Positions 16,292 to 25,956 of a stretch of DNA of 45,125 nucleotides are shown here, in pieces. The translations under genes were made by a program, and so were the position numbers. Positions within the stretch are counted from its first letter, which is position 1; each line of letters opens with the position of its first letter. The stretch comes from a bacterium (lineage in GTDB: Bacteria; Vulcanimicrobiota; Xenobia; Xenobiales; Xenobiaceae): assembly GCA_017444165.1 (NCBI GenBank), contig JAFSXH010000154.1, positions 1 through 45,125 on the forward strand. Reading direction: 5' to 3'. The notes under the pieces are model-generated. The model was given only the letters and a program-made list of their open reading frames with translations. It had not been told where the DNA came from and ran no database searches.

Positions 16292-17026
16292 GTGTCTATT
16301 GAAATTGACAGTTTAGTTAAAAGTTTCAAAGACCGTCGCGTCGTCGATGGCGTTAGCTTGAAGGTTGAACCTGGTGAAGTGGTTGGCCTTTTAGGATCGA
16401 ACGGGGCTGGTAAAACCACTACTTTTTACATGGTTGTAGGTTTGATAAAACCGAACAGTGGCCGTATTATTCTCAATGGGCAGGATGTGACTAATTTCCC
16501 CATGCATCAGAGAGCGCGTTTAGGGATAGGTTACTTACCTCAAGAATCTTCGGCTTTTCGTAAATTGAGCGTTGAAGATAACTTGCGTTTACTTTGGGAA
16601 GTTAATGGTGTGAGCAAGGTCGAACAGAAGGAGCGATTGGAGTCTCTTTTGGAGGAGTATCAGCTCTTTAAGGTACGCAAGAGTAAAGCTATTGAGCTTT
16701 CTGGTGGAGAGCGCAGACGTTTGGAAATAGCCCGTTCTTTAGCTATCAAACCCCAATTTTTGCTCTTGGATGAACCCTTTTCTGGTGTCGATCCTATAGC
16801 TGTGGCCTCCATACAAAATATAATTCGCAAGTTGAAGAAGAGCGGTTTGGGAATATTGATAACCGATCATAATGTTCGCGAGACTCTGGCTATAACTGAT
16901 AGAGCTTATATAATTCGGGAAGGGCATATCTTGGTCTCTGGCAGTGCCGTCGAGATTGCCAATAATCCAGATGCTCGCAAGTATTACTTAGGTGAGTCTT
17001 ACCAGACAGGATTTGAGAACTCATGA
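16292..17026 (+). CDS. lptB: LPS export ABC transporter ATPase
   Basis: GTG start. Walker A GSNGAGKTTTFY, Q-loop YLPQE, signature LSGGERRRLEIARSLA, Walker B LLLDEP, H-loop ITDHN. LptB-type C-terminus ARKYYLGE. Confidence 0.9.
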   Translation: MSIEIDSLVKSFKDRRVVDGVSLKVEPGEVVGLLGSNGAGKTTTFYMVVGLIKPNSGRIILNGQDVTNFPMHQRARLGIGYLPQESSAFRKLSVEDNLRLLWEVNGVSKVEQKERLESLLEEYQLFKVRKSKAIELSGGERRRLEIARSLAIKPQFLLLDEPFSGVDPIAVASIQNIIRKLKKSGLGILITDHNVRETLAITDRAYIIREGHILVSGSAVEIANNPDARKYYLGESYQTGFENS

Positions 17027-18153
17027 AGATTATTGATCGTTACATCATGCTGGAAATGGCTGGTCCCTTTCTCTTTGGGGTCTGTGCCTTCACCCTTTTG
17101 TTCTTTTCGGCAGAGACTTTAATGGGCGTAGCCAAGATGATCTTAGAGTCTCAAGCGGGGGCGGGAATGGTCGTCAAGTACCTCTTTAATCGTCTGCCTT
17201 ATGTCTTAATTATGACCTTTCCCATGTCTACACTTTTGGGAGCCTTGATGGCCTACGGAAGGTTATCTGGAGATAGTGAAATTGTGGCCCTAAAAGCTGG
17301 TGGAGTTGGCTTTTTGCGTATATTTATGCCTGGATTTATCTTCTGTTTGGTGATCTCTATGATCTCATTGGCTATAAATCAATATTGGGTTCCTCCAGCC
17401 ACTAAGCAGGCGTACAGTATGGTTTTAGAATTACGAGCTCCCGATCAGATCGAGAGGGCTTTGATAACTTCTCCGCGTCTGTTATCTAACGGTGAAGAGC
17501 AGATGATTTACGCTCACGTTCTCAATGTCAAAGAGCAGACGATGAAAGGTGTCTATGTTCATTTTTTCTTAAACAATAAGCGCGTGCGTGAGTTGTACAC
17601 TCAAGAAGCGCGTTGGAATAAGGAAAAGCATGTCTGGGAGGTTCTCAATTTGGAGGCGCGGGAGTTTGACAAAGATAGCGGCCAACTGCGTTATGATGTT
17701 AAAGGCAGTGATGGTTGGAGTCCTATGACTAAAACAGATTCCCCTGCCAGTCCCGATCAATTAGCCCAACGCAAATTGCGTCGCGAAGAGATGACTAGTC
17801 AAGAGCTGGCTAATTATCTGAATTCTTTGCCTCCTATAGGTAAGACTAATCCAGACGAGTACCGCAAGCGCAACAAATATATTGTTATGTACTATCAAAA
17901 GGTTTCTTTGCCTATGACCTGTTTAGTATTTGGTGCTTTCGCCGTGCCTTTAGGACTCAGGCCTCAGCGCACTAGTACTTCTATAGGTTTTGGTCTTTCG
18001 TTATTCTTCATTTTGCTCTATTATGTACTCATGACTATCGGAATGATGTTGGGTGAGAATGGCACGGTGGCCGCTTGGTTTGCTGCTTGGCTCCCTAATA
18101 TTGTCTTTGCGATAGTAGGAACATTTTTAGTTATAGACGCTTCACGCAAATAG
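17023..18153 (+). CDS. LptF/LptG-family LPS export permease
   Basis: YjgP/YjgQ-type N-terminus (IIDRYIMLEMAGPFLFG), six TM segments with a large periplasmic insert, and an ATGA overlap with lptB. Confidence 0.85.
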   Translation: MKIIDRYIMLEMAGPFLFGVCAFTLLFFSAETLMGVAKMILESQAGAGMVVKYLFNRLPYVLIMTFPMSTLLGALMAYGRLSGDSEIVALKAGGVGFLRIFMPGFIFCLVISMISLAINQYWVPPATKQAYSMVLELRAPDQIERALITSPRLLSNGEEQMIYAHVLNVKEQTMKGVYVHFFLNNKRVRELYTQEARWNKEKHVWEVLNLEAREFDKDSGQLRYDVKGSDGWSPMTKTDSPASPDQLAQRKLRREEMTSQELANYLNSLPPIGKTNPDEYRKRNKYIVMYYQKVSLPMTCLVFGAFAVPLGLRPQRTSTSIGFGLSLFFILLYYVLMTIGMMLGENGTVAAWFAAWLPNIVFAIVGTFLVIDASRK

Positions 18154-18157
18154 AATA

Positions 18158-19117
18158 GTGTTTACGTTTTCTTGGTCGGTAATTGTAAGAGGTTTTTTGG
18201 TCTACGTCTCCGTGGCTGTAGTGGCAGCTTGTATTGCCTATTTAGCCAATCAATTAGGGCGTCTGATCGGCAAGCGCAAGATGAGTGTTCTTCACTTGCG
18301 TCCGCGTCACACTTCTATTTTGATAACCACTTTCACAGGTGTTACTATAGCCTTAATTACCCTGACCGTCTTTGCCGCGCTGTCTGAACCTGTGCGCGTC
18401 TTTATCGTAGGTATGGATAAGCTGCGTACAGAAGAGGGTCAGTTGCGCCAGAAAGTTGAAGTTTTACGGCGCACTTTGGCCGAAGGTACGTTTATTTGGA
18501 GGATCGATGAACCTATAGTCCATATGACCATTCCTGGTGGTTTGGGGTACGATAGAACTAGGGCGGCCATAACTAGTCTTTTGACTGAAGCCAATGCGAG
18601 GGCTATTTTACGTACCAATAAGATAGCCTCTAGTAAGGGAGATCCTTTGCTTTCAACTGATGAAATTATAATAGATTATGATGCCGAGCAGTTGGAAGAG
18701 TTGATAAATTCCATAAATTCCAGTCCAAATATCATGGGATTGAGAGTTTTGGCTAGTCAGAATTGTCTCTATCGGGAGAAAGCTCCTGTGCGCTTTGAGT
18801 CTTGGCAAGTTCGCAAAGTCTTCTCTGCGGGTGAGATAGTTGCGCAAATGGAGATAAAGACAAAACAATCTGTAATGTTGGAGCTTATGAAATTTATTGA
18901 AGAGACCAGAAAAAAGGCTATAGATAAAGGAATTCGTCCGATTGATGGTGAGTTAGGCGGAGAGTTGGACAGCGACGATTTCGGACGTTTACAAGAGGAG
19001 ATCGGTAGACAAAAAAGTAAATTTGAGATAGTCGCTATTGCTAATAGAGATTTATATGAAACTAGCAGTTTGGATGTAAGATTTGAAATTCGCAGTTCAG
19101 GGGAGGTGAAAAATTGA
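18158..19117 (+). CDS. DUF3084-like membrane-anchored coiled-coil protein
   Basis: GTG start. The N-terminal TM, then LGRLIGKRKMSVLHLRPRHTSILITTFTG and a second TM, match my recollection of the DUF3084 family. A coiled coil follows. Confidence 0.5.
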   Translation: MFTFSWSVIVRGFLVYVSVAVVAACIAYLANQLGRLIGKRKMSVLHLRPRHTSILITTFTGVTIALITLTVFAALSEPVRVFIVGMDKLRTEEGQLRQKVEVLRRTLAEGTFIWRIDEPIVHMTIPGGLGYDRTRAAITSLLTEANARAILRTNKIASSKGDPLLSTDEIIIDYDAEQLEELINSINSSPNIMGLRVLASQNCLYREKAPVRFESWQVRKVFSAGEIVAQMEIKTKQSVMLELMKFIEETRKKAIDKGIRPIDGELGGELDSDDFGRLQEEIGRQKSKFEIVAIANRDLYETSSLDVRFEIRSSGEVKN

Positions 19118-19509
19118 TAGTTCTTTCTATTGATCCTGGACGTAAAAAATGCGGTTTGGCAGTAGTCTCTTCTGAAAAAGGAGTTCTTAGACATAAAGTT
19201 GTTCCTATAGATGGGTTGATTGGTTGCTGTCAAGAAGCATTAAATGATTTCTCCATAGATTTTATAATTTTAGGAGGAAGTACAGGATCTGATAATGTGC
19301 GTAAGATGTTGGAAAGTATCGGATTGAAAGTTGTAATTGTCGATGAGTCACATTCTACAGAGCGAGCTAAAGATAGATTCTTTGCCGATCATCCTCCTTC
19401 AGGTTGGAAGAGGATTCTTCCTATAGGCTTGCAGACTCCATCTCAATCTTATGACGATTATGCCGCTGTAATTATGGCTGAAGACTTTATTTTGAGAGGT
19501 AAACAATGA
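19114..19509 (+). CDS. YqgF/RuvX-like RNase H-fold nuclease
   Basis: TTG start overlapping the upstream stop, preceded by GGGGAGGTGA. Motifs LSIDPGRKKCGLAVV, VDESHSTERAK and DDYAAVIMAEDFI parallel the RuvX motifs. Confidence 0.6.
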   Translation: MIVLSIDPGRKKCGLAVVSSEKGVLRHKVVPIDGLIGCCQEALNDFSIDFIILGGSTGSDNVRKMLESIGLKVVIVDESHSTERAKDRFFADHPPSGWKRILPIGLQTPSQSYDDYAAVIMAEDFILRGKQ

Positions 19510-21452
19510 AGAATATTTATAAATATGCGGCTGTATCTATCGCCTTAGCAGTTCTAAGTTCTCAACCTAATTCTCAGATCAGTTTGGCAGATGATCTTCC
19601 CAAGAGCAACTTGGACAACGGCGTGATTTTGTTAGCGGTAGAAGATTCTCCAGAGTATAATTACAAATTAGGGGCGAATTACCTGAAGGATAAGGTTTAC
19701 AGTAAGGCTATAAAGTTTTTAAGCAAAGCGGCTAACGATGGAAATGTCGATGCTCAAAGTCTCTTAGGACGTTGCTATTACGATGGCAACGGTGTTGATG
19801 TAGACTATACTCAGGCGGTTGAGCTGTTAGAAAAGGCCTCTTCAGCCGATGATCCGCAAGCTCAGTATTATTTGGCTAAATGTTATGAAAATGGTCACGG
19901 TACATCTCAAGATTTCTCCGAAGCGGCTCGTCTCTATGAGGGAGCGGCCTTTAAGGGGGTGGCCGAGGCACAGAATTGTTTAGGACGCTATTATTACTTT
20001 GGTCGAGGTGTCGAGCGCGATTACTCTCAGGCAGCAACTTGGTTTTTGCGGGCATCCAATCAAAGATTGCCTAACGCTATGTACAATTTGGGGGTTTGTT
20101 ACGATCTGGGTCATGGTGTGGAGAAGAATCCAGAAGAGGCCGTGCGTATGTATCTTCGAGCGGCCAATTTGAACGAGCCTAGTGCACAGTGCAATTTAGG
20201 AATGTGTTACAGTACAGGATCTGGAGTCGAGAAAGATCTCAATAAAGCCTTCATGTGGTATCAGCGAGCTGCCAATAACGGTAATGCTAAGGCTCAAAAT
20301 AATTTGGGTGTCTGTTACAAAAATGGCGATGGAGTGCAGAGAAATCCTCGTGAGGCCACTAATCTGTTCGTTCAGGCGGCAGAAAAAGGTTTAGCTGGGG
20401 CTCAGTACAACGCTGGCTGGTCTTATTTAAATGCTTTTGGAGTAAACAAGGATTATAAAAAAGCCTTTGATTACTTCCATAAGGCCTCTTTGCAAGATTA
20501 CCCTAAGGCTCAATTGCAATTGGGTAATCTTTATGAACAGGGGTTGGGAACTCAGGTTAATTACAGCGAGGCCGCTCACTGGTATAGCGTGGCCGCTCAA
20601 CACGGTTTACCTTCAGCTAAATACCATCTAGGTTATTGTTACGCTAATGGTTTAGGAGTAGAATCTGACATAGATAGAGCAGTGGAACTTTACAGTGAAA
20701 GTGCAGAAAGTGGAGAACATGAAGCTCAAAGTGCGCTTGGTCTCTGTTACCGACGCGGCATTGGTGTGGTTCAAGATTACAATTTAGCTAGTAAATGGCT
20801 CTCTTTGGCCGCAGAACAGGGTAATACCGAGGCTCAAGCTTACATGGGTGTAGCTTACACGTTAGGTCAAGGTGTAGAGGTCGATCACGGTAAGGCTCAT
20901 AAATTGTTCCGTCAAGCTGCTGATAAGGACAACGCTTTGGCTCAATATGCTTTGGGATGCCAGTTCTACGAGGGAGTAGGGACGCGCAAAAATTACAGTC
21001 AGTGTATAACTTACTGGACGGCGGTGGCCAATAAAGGGTATGCCGTAGCTCAAAATTGTTTAGGCTATTGTTATTATTATGGTCGAGCCAATGAACAAAA
21101 TTACAGTAAGGCTGTAAAGTGGTGGCGCAGGGCCACAGGTCAGGACTTTGCCAATTCAGCTAACGCTTTAGGCACAATGTACTTTACTGGCAACATAGTA
21201 AATAGTAATCTGTTGAAAGCTAAGGAATTATTCCAAAAAGCTGCTGATGGCGGGGATGAGTGCGGAAGTGAAAATCTCCTCATTGCTGAGGAGGCTAATT
21301 CCGAAAATTATAAGAGTCTTGCCGACAAATTGAAGTTGCGCTTCGAGTATATAACGACCGAACAACTCAATGATTTTGTCAGTATTTATGAAAATAAACA
21401 AATGAAGAATAAGTCAGAGGATGGCGTTACAGAGGAGCTTTCTGTAGAGTAA
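19506..21452 (+). CDS. Secreted Sel1-like repeat (SLR) protein
   Basis: Signal peptide, then about 14 tandem ~36-aa repeats of the type A..WY.KAA.QG...AQ..LG.CY..G.GV..D. Confidence 0.9.
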   Translation: MKNIYKYAAVSIALAVLSSQPNSQISLADDLPKSNLDNGVILLAVEDSPEYNYKLGANYLKDKVYSKAIKFLSKAANDGNVDAQSLLGRCYYDGNGVDVDYTQAVELLEKASSADDPQAQYYLAKCYENGHGTSQDFSEAARLYEGAAFKGVAEAQNCLGRYYYFGRGVERDYSQAATWFLRASNQRLPNAMYNLGVCYDLGHGVEKNPEEAVRMYLRAANLNEPSAQCNLGMCYSTGSGVEKDLNKAFMWYQRAANNGNAKAQNNLGVCYKNGDGVQRNPREATNLFVQAAEKGLAGAQYNAGWSYLNAFGVNKDYKKAFDYFHKASLQDYPKAQLQLGNLYEQGLGTQVNYSEAAHWYSVAAQHGLPSAKYHLGYCYANGLGVESDIDRAVELYSESAESGEHEAQSALGLCYRRGIGVVQDYNLASKWLSLAAEQGNTEAQAYMGVAYTLGQGVEVDHGKAHKLFRQAADKDNALAQYALGCQFYEGVGTRKNYSQCITYWTAVANKGYAVAQNCLGYCYYYGRANEQNYSKAVKWWRRATGQDFANSANALGTMYFTGNIVNSNLLKAKELFQKAADGGDECGSENLLIAEEANSENYKSLADKLKLRFEYITTEQLNDFVSIYENKQMKNKSEDGVTEELSVE

Positions 21453-21497
21453 ATTATAAGTTGTAAAAAACTCCTTCCTCTTTTTTTTCTTTTTCTG

Positions 21498-21526
21498 TTG
21501 ACATATTACTTTACTGTAGTGATAAT
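21498..21526 (+). promoter_or_regulatory. Near-consensus sigma70 promoter
   Basis: TTGACA (21498-21503), a 17-nt spacer, then GATAAT (21521-21526). It lies 39 nt upstream of the ATG at 21565. Confidence 0.6.
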
Positions 21527-21564
21527 GTCCGTAAAGTAGTAATAGGGCAGGTTGTAAGGTTTAG

Positions 21565-22734
21565 ATGATTTCACAACAGATAAATAATTTTAATGTTCAG
21601 GCCATGGACGCTTCCAGAGTGTCTTTCACAGGGACTACCAATTCGGTCGTATCACTGTCTAATGTTGGGCAGGGGCTTTTGGGTGGTAATTCTGTCGGAG
21701 CTAGTGGGAGCAACAATGGCGGTGAGGTCGCTGAAGCTAATGTAGCGGGAACGGTTTCTAATGTTTTAGGCGGTGAAACTGAGGAGACTAAGGATAAAGA
21801 TAAGACTTCCAACGTGGGCAATCAAAATCTCACAGATGGTGTAAACAGTGAACTTTTCGATCCTGAAAAGGCGGCTGGTCACCTGGTCTCTGGTGAAGCT
21901 AAACCTACCGAGTTGGCGGAGTATGCTGAAAAATGGGTCGGTCAGTTTACTGATTACGGAGCCAACGATGAGGCTTTGAGACAGTTTTCCAATTTGGGTA
22001 TTACTCCCAACGATACTAATATGGCTAGCTTCGACAATTTCTATAAAGATTTTACAGGGGCTAATCCCAATTCTCCTATGGGTAATAACAGTATCGTTTT
22101 GCAAGCTGGTTATCAGAACGTCTTATCTATAAATTACAGCAATGGTACGGTTGCTTATCCTAATTTAACTGCTGGTTCTGCTAATTCTATGAAGAATGGT
22201 GCTAGTGCAGTAGCTAACGCCATCAGGCAATCTAATCAATACTCTTCCACTGCACGCAACAATATCACGACTGCTTATACGCAGACTATGGGCCAGGCTC
22301 AACAAGATCTCAACGATATTAACAGCACTTATTCACGGGTTTATTCTGATCATTCTTTAGCATATCAGAATTTTAATAATTTGTATCAGTATGATGCTAC
22401 TACGCAATCAATTACAGATATAGATTATCAAGTTTCTGAGTTTGACTTCTCTCCATATATGGAACAATTAAATTCTGTAAATTCCATGGGATATTCTACT
22501 CAGGCTAGTGATTTGGAGAGTCTGTACACCAGTTACTCTCTGGCTAATAACAATTTGATCGGTTCCATGAGTAACTACGAACAGTCTGTGGCCATGTCGA
22601 CTAATGATCTTATCAACAAATATAATGCTCAGGTTACCGATGGTATTATGTCTGGTGAAGAGATTCAGGCCGCTTACGATAAAGGATTTACTAATGGAGA
22701 AGTAGCCAGTAAGGTAGCTCGGTTTTTCGTATAG
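21565..22734 (+). CDS. Asn/Ser/Thr/Gln/Tyr-rich protein of unknown function; no signal peptide
   Basis: A 389-aa ORF with its own promoter and terminator. It has no Cys, one Trp and no N-terminal hydrophobic segment. Confidence 0.7.
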   Translation: MISQQINNFNVQAMDASRVSFTGTTNSVVSLSNVGQGLLGGNSVGASGSNNGGEVAEANVAGTVSNVLGGETEETKDKDKTSNVGNQNLTDGVNSELFDPEKAAGHLVSGEAKPTELAEYAEKWVGQFTDYGANDEALRQFSNLGITPNDTNMASFDNFYKDFTGANPNSPMGNNSIVLQAGYQNVLSINYSNGTVAYPNLTAGSANSMKNGASAVANAIRQSNQYSSTARNNITTAYTQTMGQAQQDLNDINSTYSRVYSDHSLAYQNFNNLYQYDATTQSITDIDYQVSEFDFSPYMEQLNSVNSMGYSTQASDLESLYTSYSLANNNLIGSMSNYEQSVAMSTNDLINKYNAQVTDGIMSGEEIQAAYDKGFTNGEVASKVARFFV

Positions 22735-22758
22735 TTAAATAAATTAGTACGAAGATAA

Positions 22759-22794
22759 GCGCAGAACTAAAAATTTTTTCTGCGCTTTATTTTT
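22759..22794. terminator. Hairpin terminator between convergent genes
   Basis: Perfect 8-bp stem gcgcagaa / ttctgcgc with an 11-nt loop, followed by tttattttt on the plus strand. Confidence 0.65.
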
Positions 22795-23033
22795 CACTTA
22801 TAGGCATCTATGTAAGCACTGCAAGCTCTATTTAGTAGTTCATTTTGGATCTGATCTTGGCTCATTTTTATACAATAGCAAAATTCCAGTTGGGGATCAT
22901 CCACTAATCCTGCGTCTTTGGCGTCTTGACACTCTTTCATAATTTGTTTTACTACGGTTGTCTCTTCTTTACTTAGTTTTTTTAACGCTTTCTGTAGGAG
23001 TTCCATAGCGTTCTTTTTCTTTTCTTCGTTCAT
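22794..23033 (-). CDS. Small helical protein with four Cys; unknown function
   Basis: A 79-aa ORF lying 42 nt downstream of the PSP1/RicT gene on the same strand. An AGGTGA-type RBS lies upstream. Confidence 0.5.
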   Translation of the reverse strand: MNEEKKKNAMELLQKALKKLSKEETTVVKQIMKECQDAKDAGLVDDPQLEFCYCIKMSQDQIQNELLNRACSAYIDAYK

Positions 23034-23075
23034 TATTCACCTCAATTAAATTTTCTCTACCCCCCCTTTTCTAGG

Positions 23076-23774
23076 CTACTGTTCATTTTGATTATTGTCA
23101 AGTTCTTCTCTTTCAAATTTTAGGCAACACATCAAACAACCACAAGCACCGTAACTTTTATTGGGCGTAAGGGATAATCCTTGAGAGCGAGCTACTTTAC
23201 TAGTGACGGAGGAAAAATCACGCAACCAATTTTTACAACACAGTCCTCTTCCACATACTCCACAATCACCCAGGAGTATAGCTCGATCGCGTGGTCCTAT
23301 TTGGTACAACTCGATCTTCATACTCAGTTTGCTACTGAGATCTTTCACCAATTGACGAAAATCGACACGACCAGGTGAATAAAAATTTATAATTATGTGA
23401 GTACCTTCTAAATTTATAGATACAGCTTGAATGCTCATATCTAAATTATAAAATTCTATCCTTTGTTTAATTAATTTTTTGGCTTCTTGAGCTTGTATCT
23501 CCCTTTGCTTGGCCTTTTTTACATCGTCTGCTTTAGCCAATTTTAAAATCATATTTTTTGTATTTTTATTGGGATTTGAAGTACTAATCTTTATTTTCGT
23601 CGGCGAGCTTTCAGCGAATATCGGTGGCAAATTGCTTATTCTGCCCAACTCTTTTCCACGTGATGTTTCTACGATAACAAGGGTATTGGGGGCGTATTCG
23701 TCTGTATTTTTGGGTGTTGCAAAATATATGGGCCTCTTAGTCATAGGCAAAATTACTTCATAATATTTATTCAT
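23076..23774 (-). CDS. ricT: PSP1 domain protein (RicT/YaaT-like)
   Basis: VIVETSRGKELGRI N-terminal part. FRQLVKDLSSKLSMKIELYQIGPRDRA plus the Cys-rich tail GDCGVCGRGLCC...GACGCLMCCLKFE. Confidence 0.8.
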   Translation of the reverse strand: MNKYYEVILPMTKRPIYFATPKNTDEYAPNTLVIVETSRGKELGRISNLPPIFAESSPTKIKISTSNPNKNTKNMILKLAKADDVKKAKQREIQAQEAKKLIKQRIEFYNLDMSIQAVSINLEGTHIIINFYSPGRVDFRQLVKDLSSKLSMKIELYQIGPRDRAILLGDCGVCGRGLCCKNWLRDFSSVTSKVARSQGLSLTPNKSYGACGCLMCCLKFEREELDNNQNEQ

Positions 23775-23866
23775 TTTTTCTCAATCTCGATAAGCGGAAA
23801 GTGGATTTACGAGTTGAAAATATAATAGTTATCTCCTGCAAATTTAAAGATGAGGTGGGTATTTTC

Positions 23867-25798
23867 GTGAAAAAATATATCGCTTATGCGGCTATTGCTT
23901 TTGCTCTAGCTCTCTCTGCTCCCAGTATGGCTGAACCTACCCAAAATGGTGAGCATTTTAAGCCCGATGCGAATATCGCTCGTGAGAAGATTCCTGATAT
24001 TTATAAATGGGATATATCTCCGCTGTTCAAAAGTGAAGCTGAATTTAATGAAGCCATAAAAAATGTCGCTTTAGGGATTGAAGAGATAAAAAAATATCAG
24101 GGTCAATTAAATGATCCTAAAAATCTCTATGAGTGTTTGCAAAAATATTTTGCTACGCGACTGATTGCAAATCGCGCTACTTTGTACACCAATTTATCTT
24201 TAACGACCGATCTGCGCAATGCTAAACTTCAGGCTCTCGACGATCAAGCTCAAGCGAGTATGCGCTCCTTTATGGCTAATACAGCCTTTATTCGTGACGA
24301 ACTTTTGAAAGTGGATGGCGAAGTTATCGACCAGGCAGCTAAGAGTTATAAAGATATGCAGAGTTTCTTGCCCTGGATCGAGGAGGCCCGTCGGCGCAAG
24401 GATCATATCCTTTCTGCCCAGGAAGAGCACATATTGTCTTTGGCTGGCGACAATCAATTTGCCGAGATCGATCTCAATGAGATGCCCTCTGACTTTGAAA
24501 AGGCTTTCCAGGCTTTCTATTCTGAGATTAAGTTGCCGACGATTATCGATGAAAATGGTCAAGAGGTACAATTAAACTTTTCTAATTACGGCAAGTACCG
24601 CGCCTCTAAGGATCGCCGCGTGCGCCGCGACACAGTGACAAAATTCTTCAAGACGTTAAACGATTATCGCAATACATTTTCGGCTATGATGGCTGGCCAA
24701 GTCCACCTCTCTTCATTCTTAGCCCAATCGCGCGGTTATGATTCTGCCATTCAAGCCTATTTAGATCGCGACAATATTCCTGAATCTGTCTATGTAAATA
24801 TTGTGAATAGCGTCAGAAATAATACCGCTCCCCTGCATAGATATATCAGATTGCGCAAAAAGTTGATGGGTTTGGAGGATATACACCTTTACGATCTTTA
24901 CACACCTATGGTTCCCACTGTAGAGAGGGAGATCAATTATGAAGATGCTTGTAAGACCGTTATTAAAGCCTTACATCCGTTGGGTAAAGATTATATTCAA
25001 AGGATTAGCCAAGGTTTAGATCTCAAAAATAAGTGGGCCGATGTCTATCCTCATGCTGACAAAGAGAGCGGAGCCAGCTGTGCTAGTATATATGGCTGTC
25101 ATCCATTTATTAAGCTAAATTATTTGGACAGTTTCAACGATATGTCTACTGTTGCTCACGAGTACGGCCACGCCATGCACAGTATGTTGAGTTACGCTAA
25201 CCAACCTTATCCTAGTGCTAGTTACGTGCCTTTTGTGGCGGAAGTGGCCTCAACTTGCAATGAGAAGTTCTTGTCCGATTATCTGATCGCCAATGCTAAG
25301 AGCGACGAAGAGAAGTTGTATCTCATTAACGAGATGTTGGACGGTATCAGGGCGACTATTTATCGTCAGGCTCTCTTTGCCGACTTTGAGATGCAGATCC
25401 ACGCTGCCAGTGAAAAGGGTGTCTCTCTCAATGCTGATTTCCTCAATAAAACTTACGCTGATCTGATCCGCCAATACTACGGGCCCGATTTTACTATTGA
25501 CGAAAATGATGGTATTGAATGGGCTTACATACCTCATCTTTACTACAAGTTCTACGTCTTCAGTTACGCCGCTGGTATGTCTTCGGGTATTGCTATTTCA
25601 GAGAATGTGGCTAAGAATGGTCAACCTGCTCGCGATGCTTATCTCAAGATGCTTTCCAGTGGCAATTCTAAATCTCCCGTTGAGCTTTTGAAGATGGCGG
25701 GAGTAGACTTGACTAAACCTGACGCTATGAAGGCGGCCGCCGATCTTATGGATCACCTTTTAGATCAGATGGAAGAGATCTTAGCTAGGCAAAAATAA
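23867..25798 (+). CDS. pepF: Oligoendopeptidase F (M3B family), secreted
   Basis: HEYGHAMH zinc motif and full-length M3B-like sequence. I prefer the GTG at 23867, which is preceded by GAGGTG and gives the signal peptide VKKYIAYAAIAFALALSAPSMAEP, over the listed ATG at 23801. Confidence 0.85.
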   Translation: MKKYIAYAAIAFALALSAPSMAEPTQNGEHFKPDANIAREKIPDIYKWDISPLFKSEAEFNEAIKNVALGIEEIKKYQGQLNDPKNLYECLQKYFATRLIANRATLYTNLSLTTDLRNAKLQALDDQAQASMRSFMANTAFIRDELLKVDGEVIDQAAKSYKDMQSFLPWIEEARRRKDHILSAQEEHILSLAGDNQFAEIDLNEMPSDFEKAFQAFYSEIKLPTIIDENGQEVQLNFSNYGKYRASKDRRVRRDTVTKFFKTLNDYRNTFSAMMAGQVHLSSFLAQSRGYDSAIQAYLDRDNIPESVYVNIVNSVRNNTAPLHRYIRLRKKLMGLEDIHLYDLYTPMVPTVEREINYEDACKTVIKALHPLGKDYIQRISQGLDLKNKWADVYPHADKESGASCASIYGCHPFIKLNYLDSFNDMSTVAHEYGHAMHSMLSYANQPYPSASYVPFVAEVASTCNEKFLSDYLIANAKSDEEKLYLINEMLDGIRATIYRQALFADFEMQIHAASEKGVSLNADFLNKTYADLIRQYYGPDFTIDENDGIEWAYIPHLYYKFYVFSYAAGMSSGIAISENVAKNGQPARDAYLKMLSSGNSKSPVELLKMAGVDLTKPDAMKAAADLMDHLLDQMEEILARQK

Positions 25799-25833
25799 TT
25801 CATATAGAGGAAAAAGTTAAAGTTCCGTGAAGC

Positions 25834-25876
25834 GGAGGCACGATTCAGACTGCGGCTGTAAGTGTCTCCCTTTTTT
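25834..25876 (+). terminator. Probable terminator after pepF
   Basis: Stem ggaggcac / gtgtctcc (8 bp, one G-U pair) with a 20-nt loop, followed by cttttttgg. A further T10 run lies at 25890-25899. Confidence 0.45.
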
Positions 25877-25956
25877 GGAACACTGACGGTTTTTTTTTAG
25901 TAGTTAATTATTTTGAAATTAGTTTTGTCGTTTTCGAAAGGAGCCTTCATTACGAG

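Noticed and set aside
23801-23866. Upstream ATG start for oligoendopeptidase F, adding MDLRVENIIVISCKFKDEVGIF.
   Set aside because: The extension precedes an obvious signal peptide that begins at the GTG at 23867, and GAGGTG sits at RBS distance from that GTG. The extension would bury the signal peptide.
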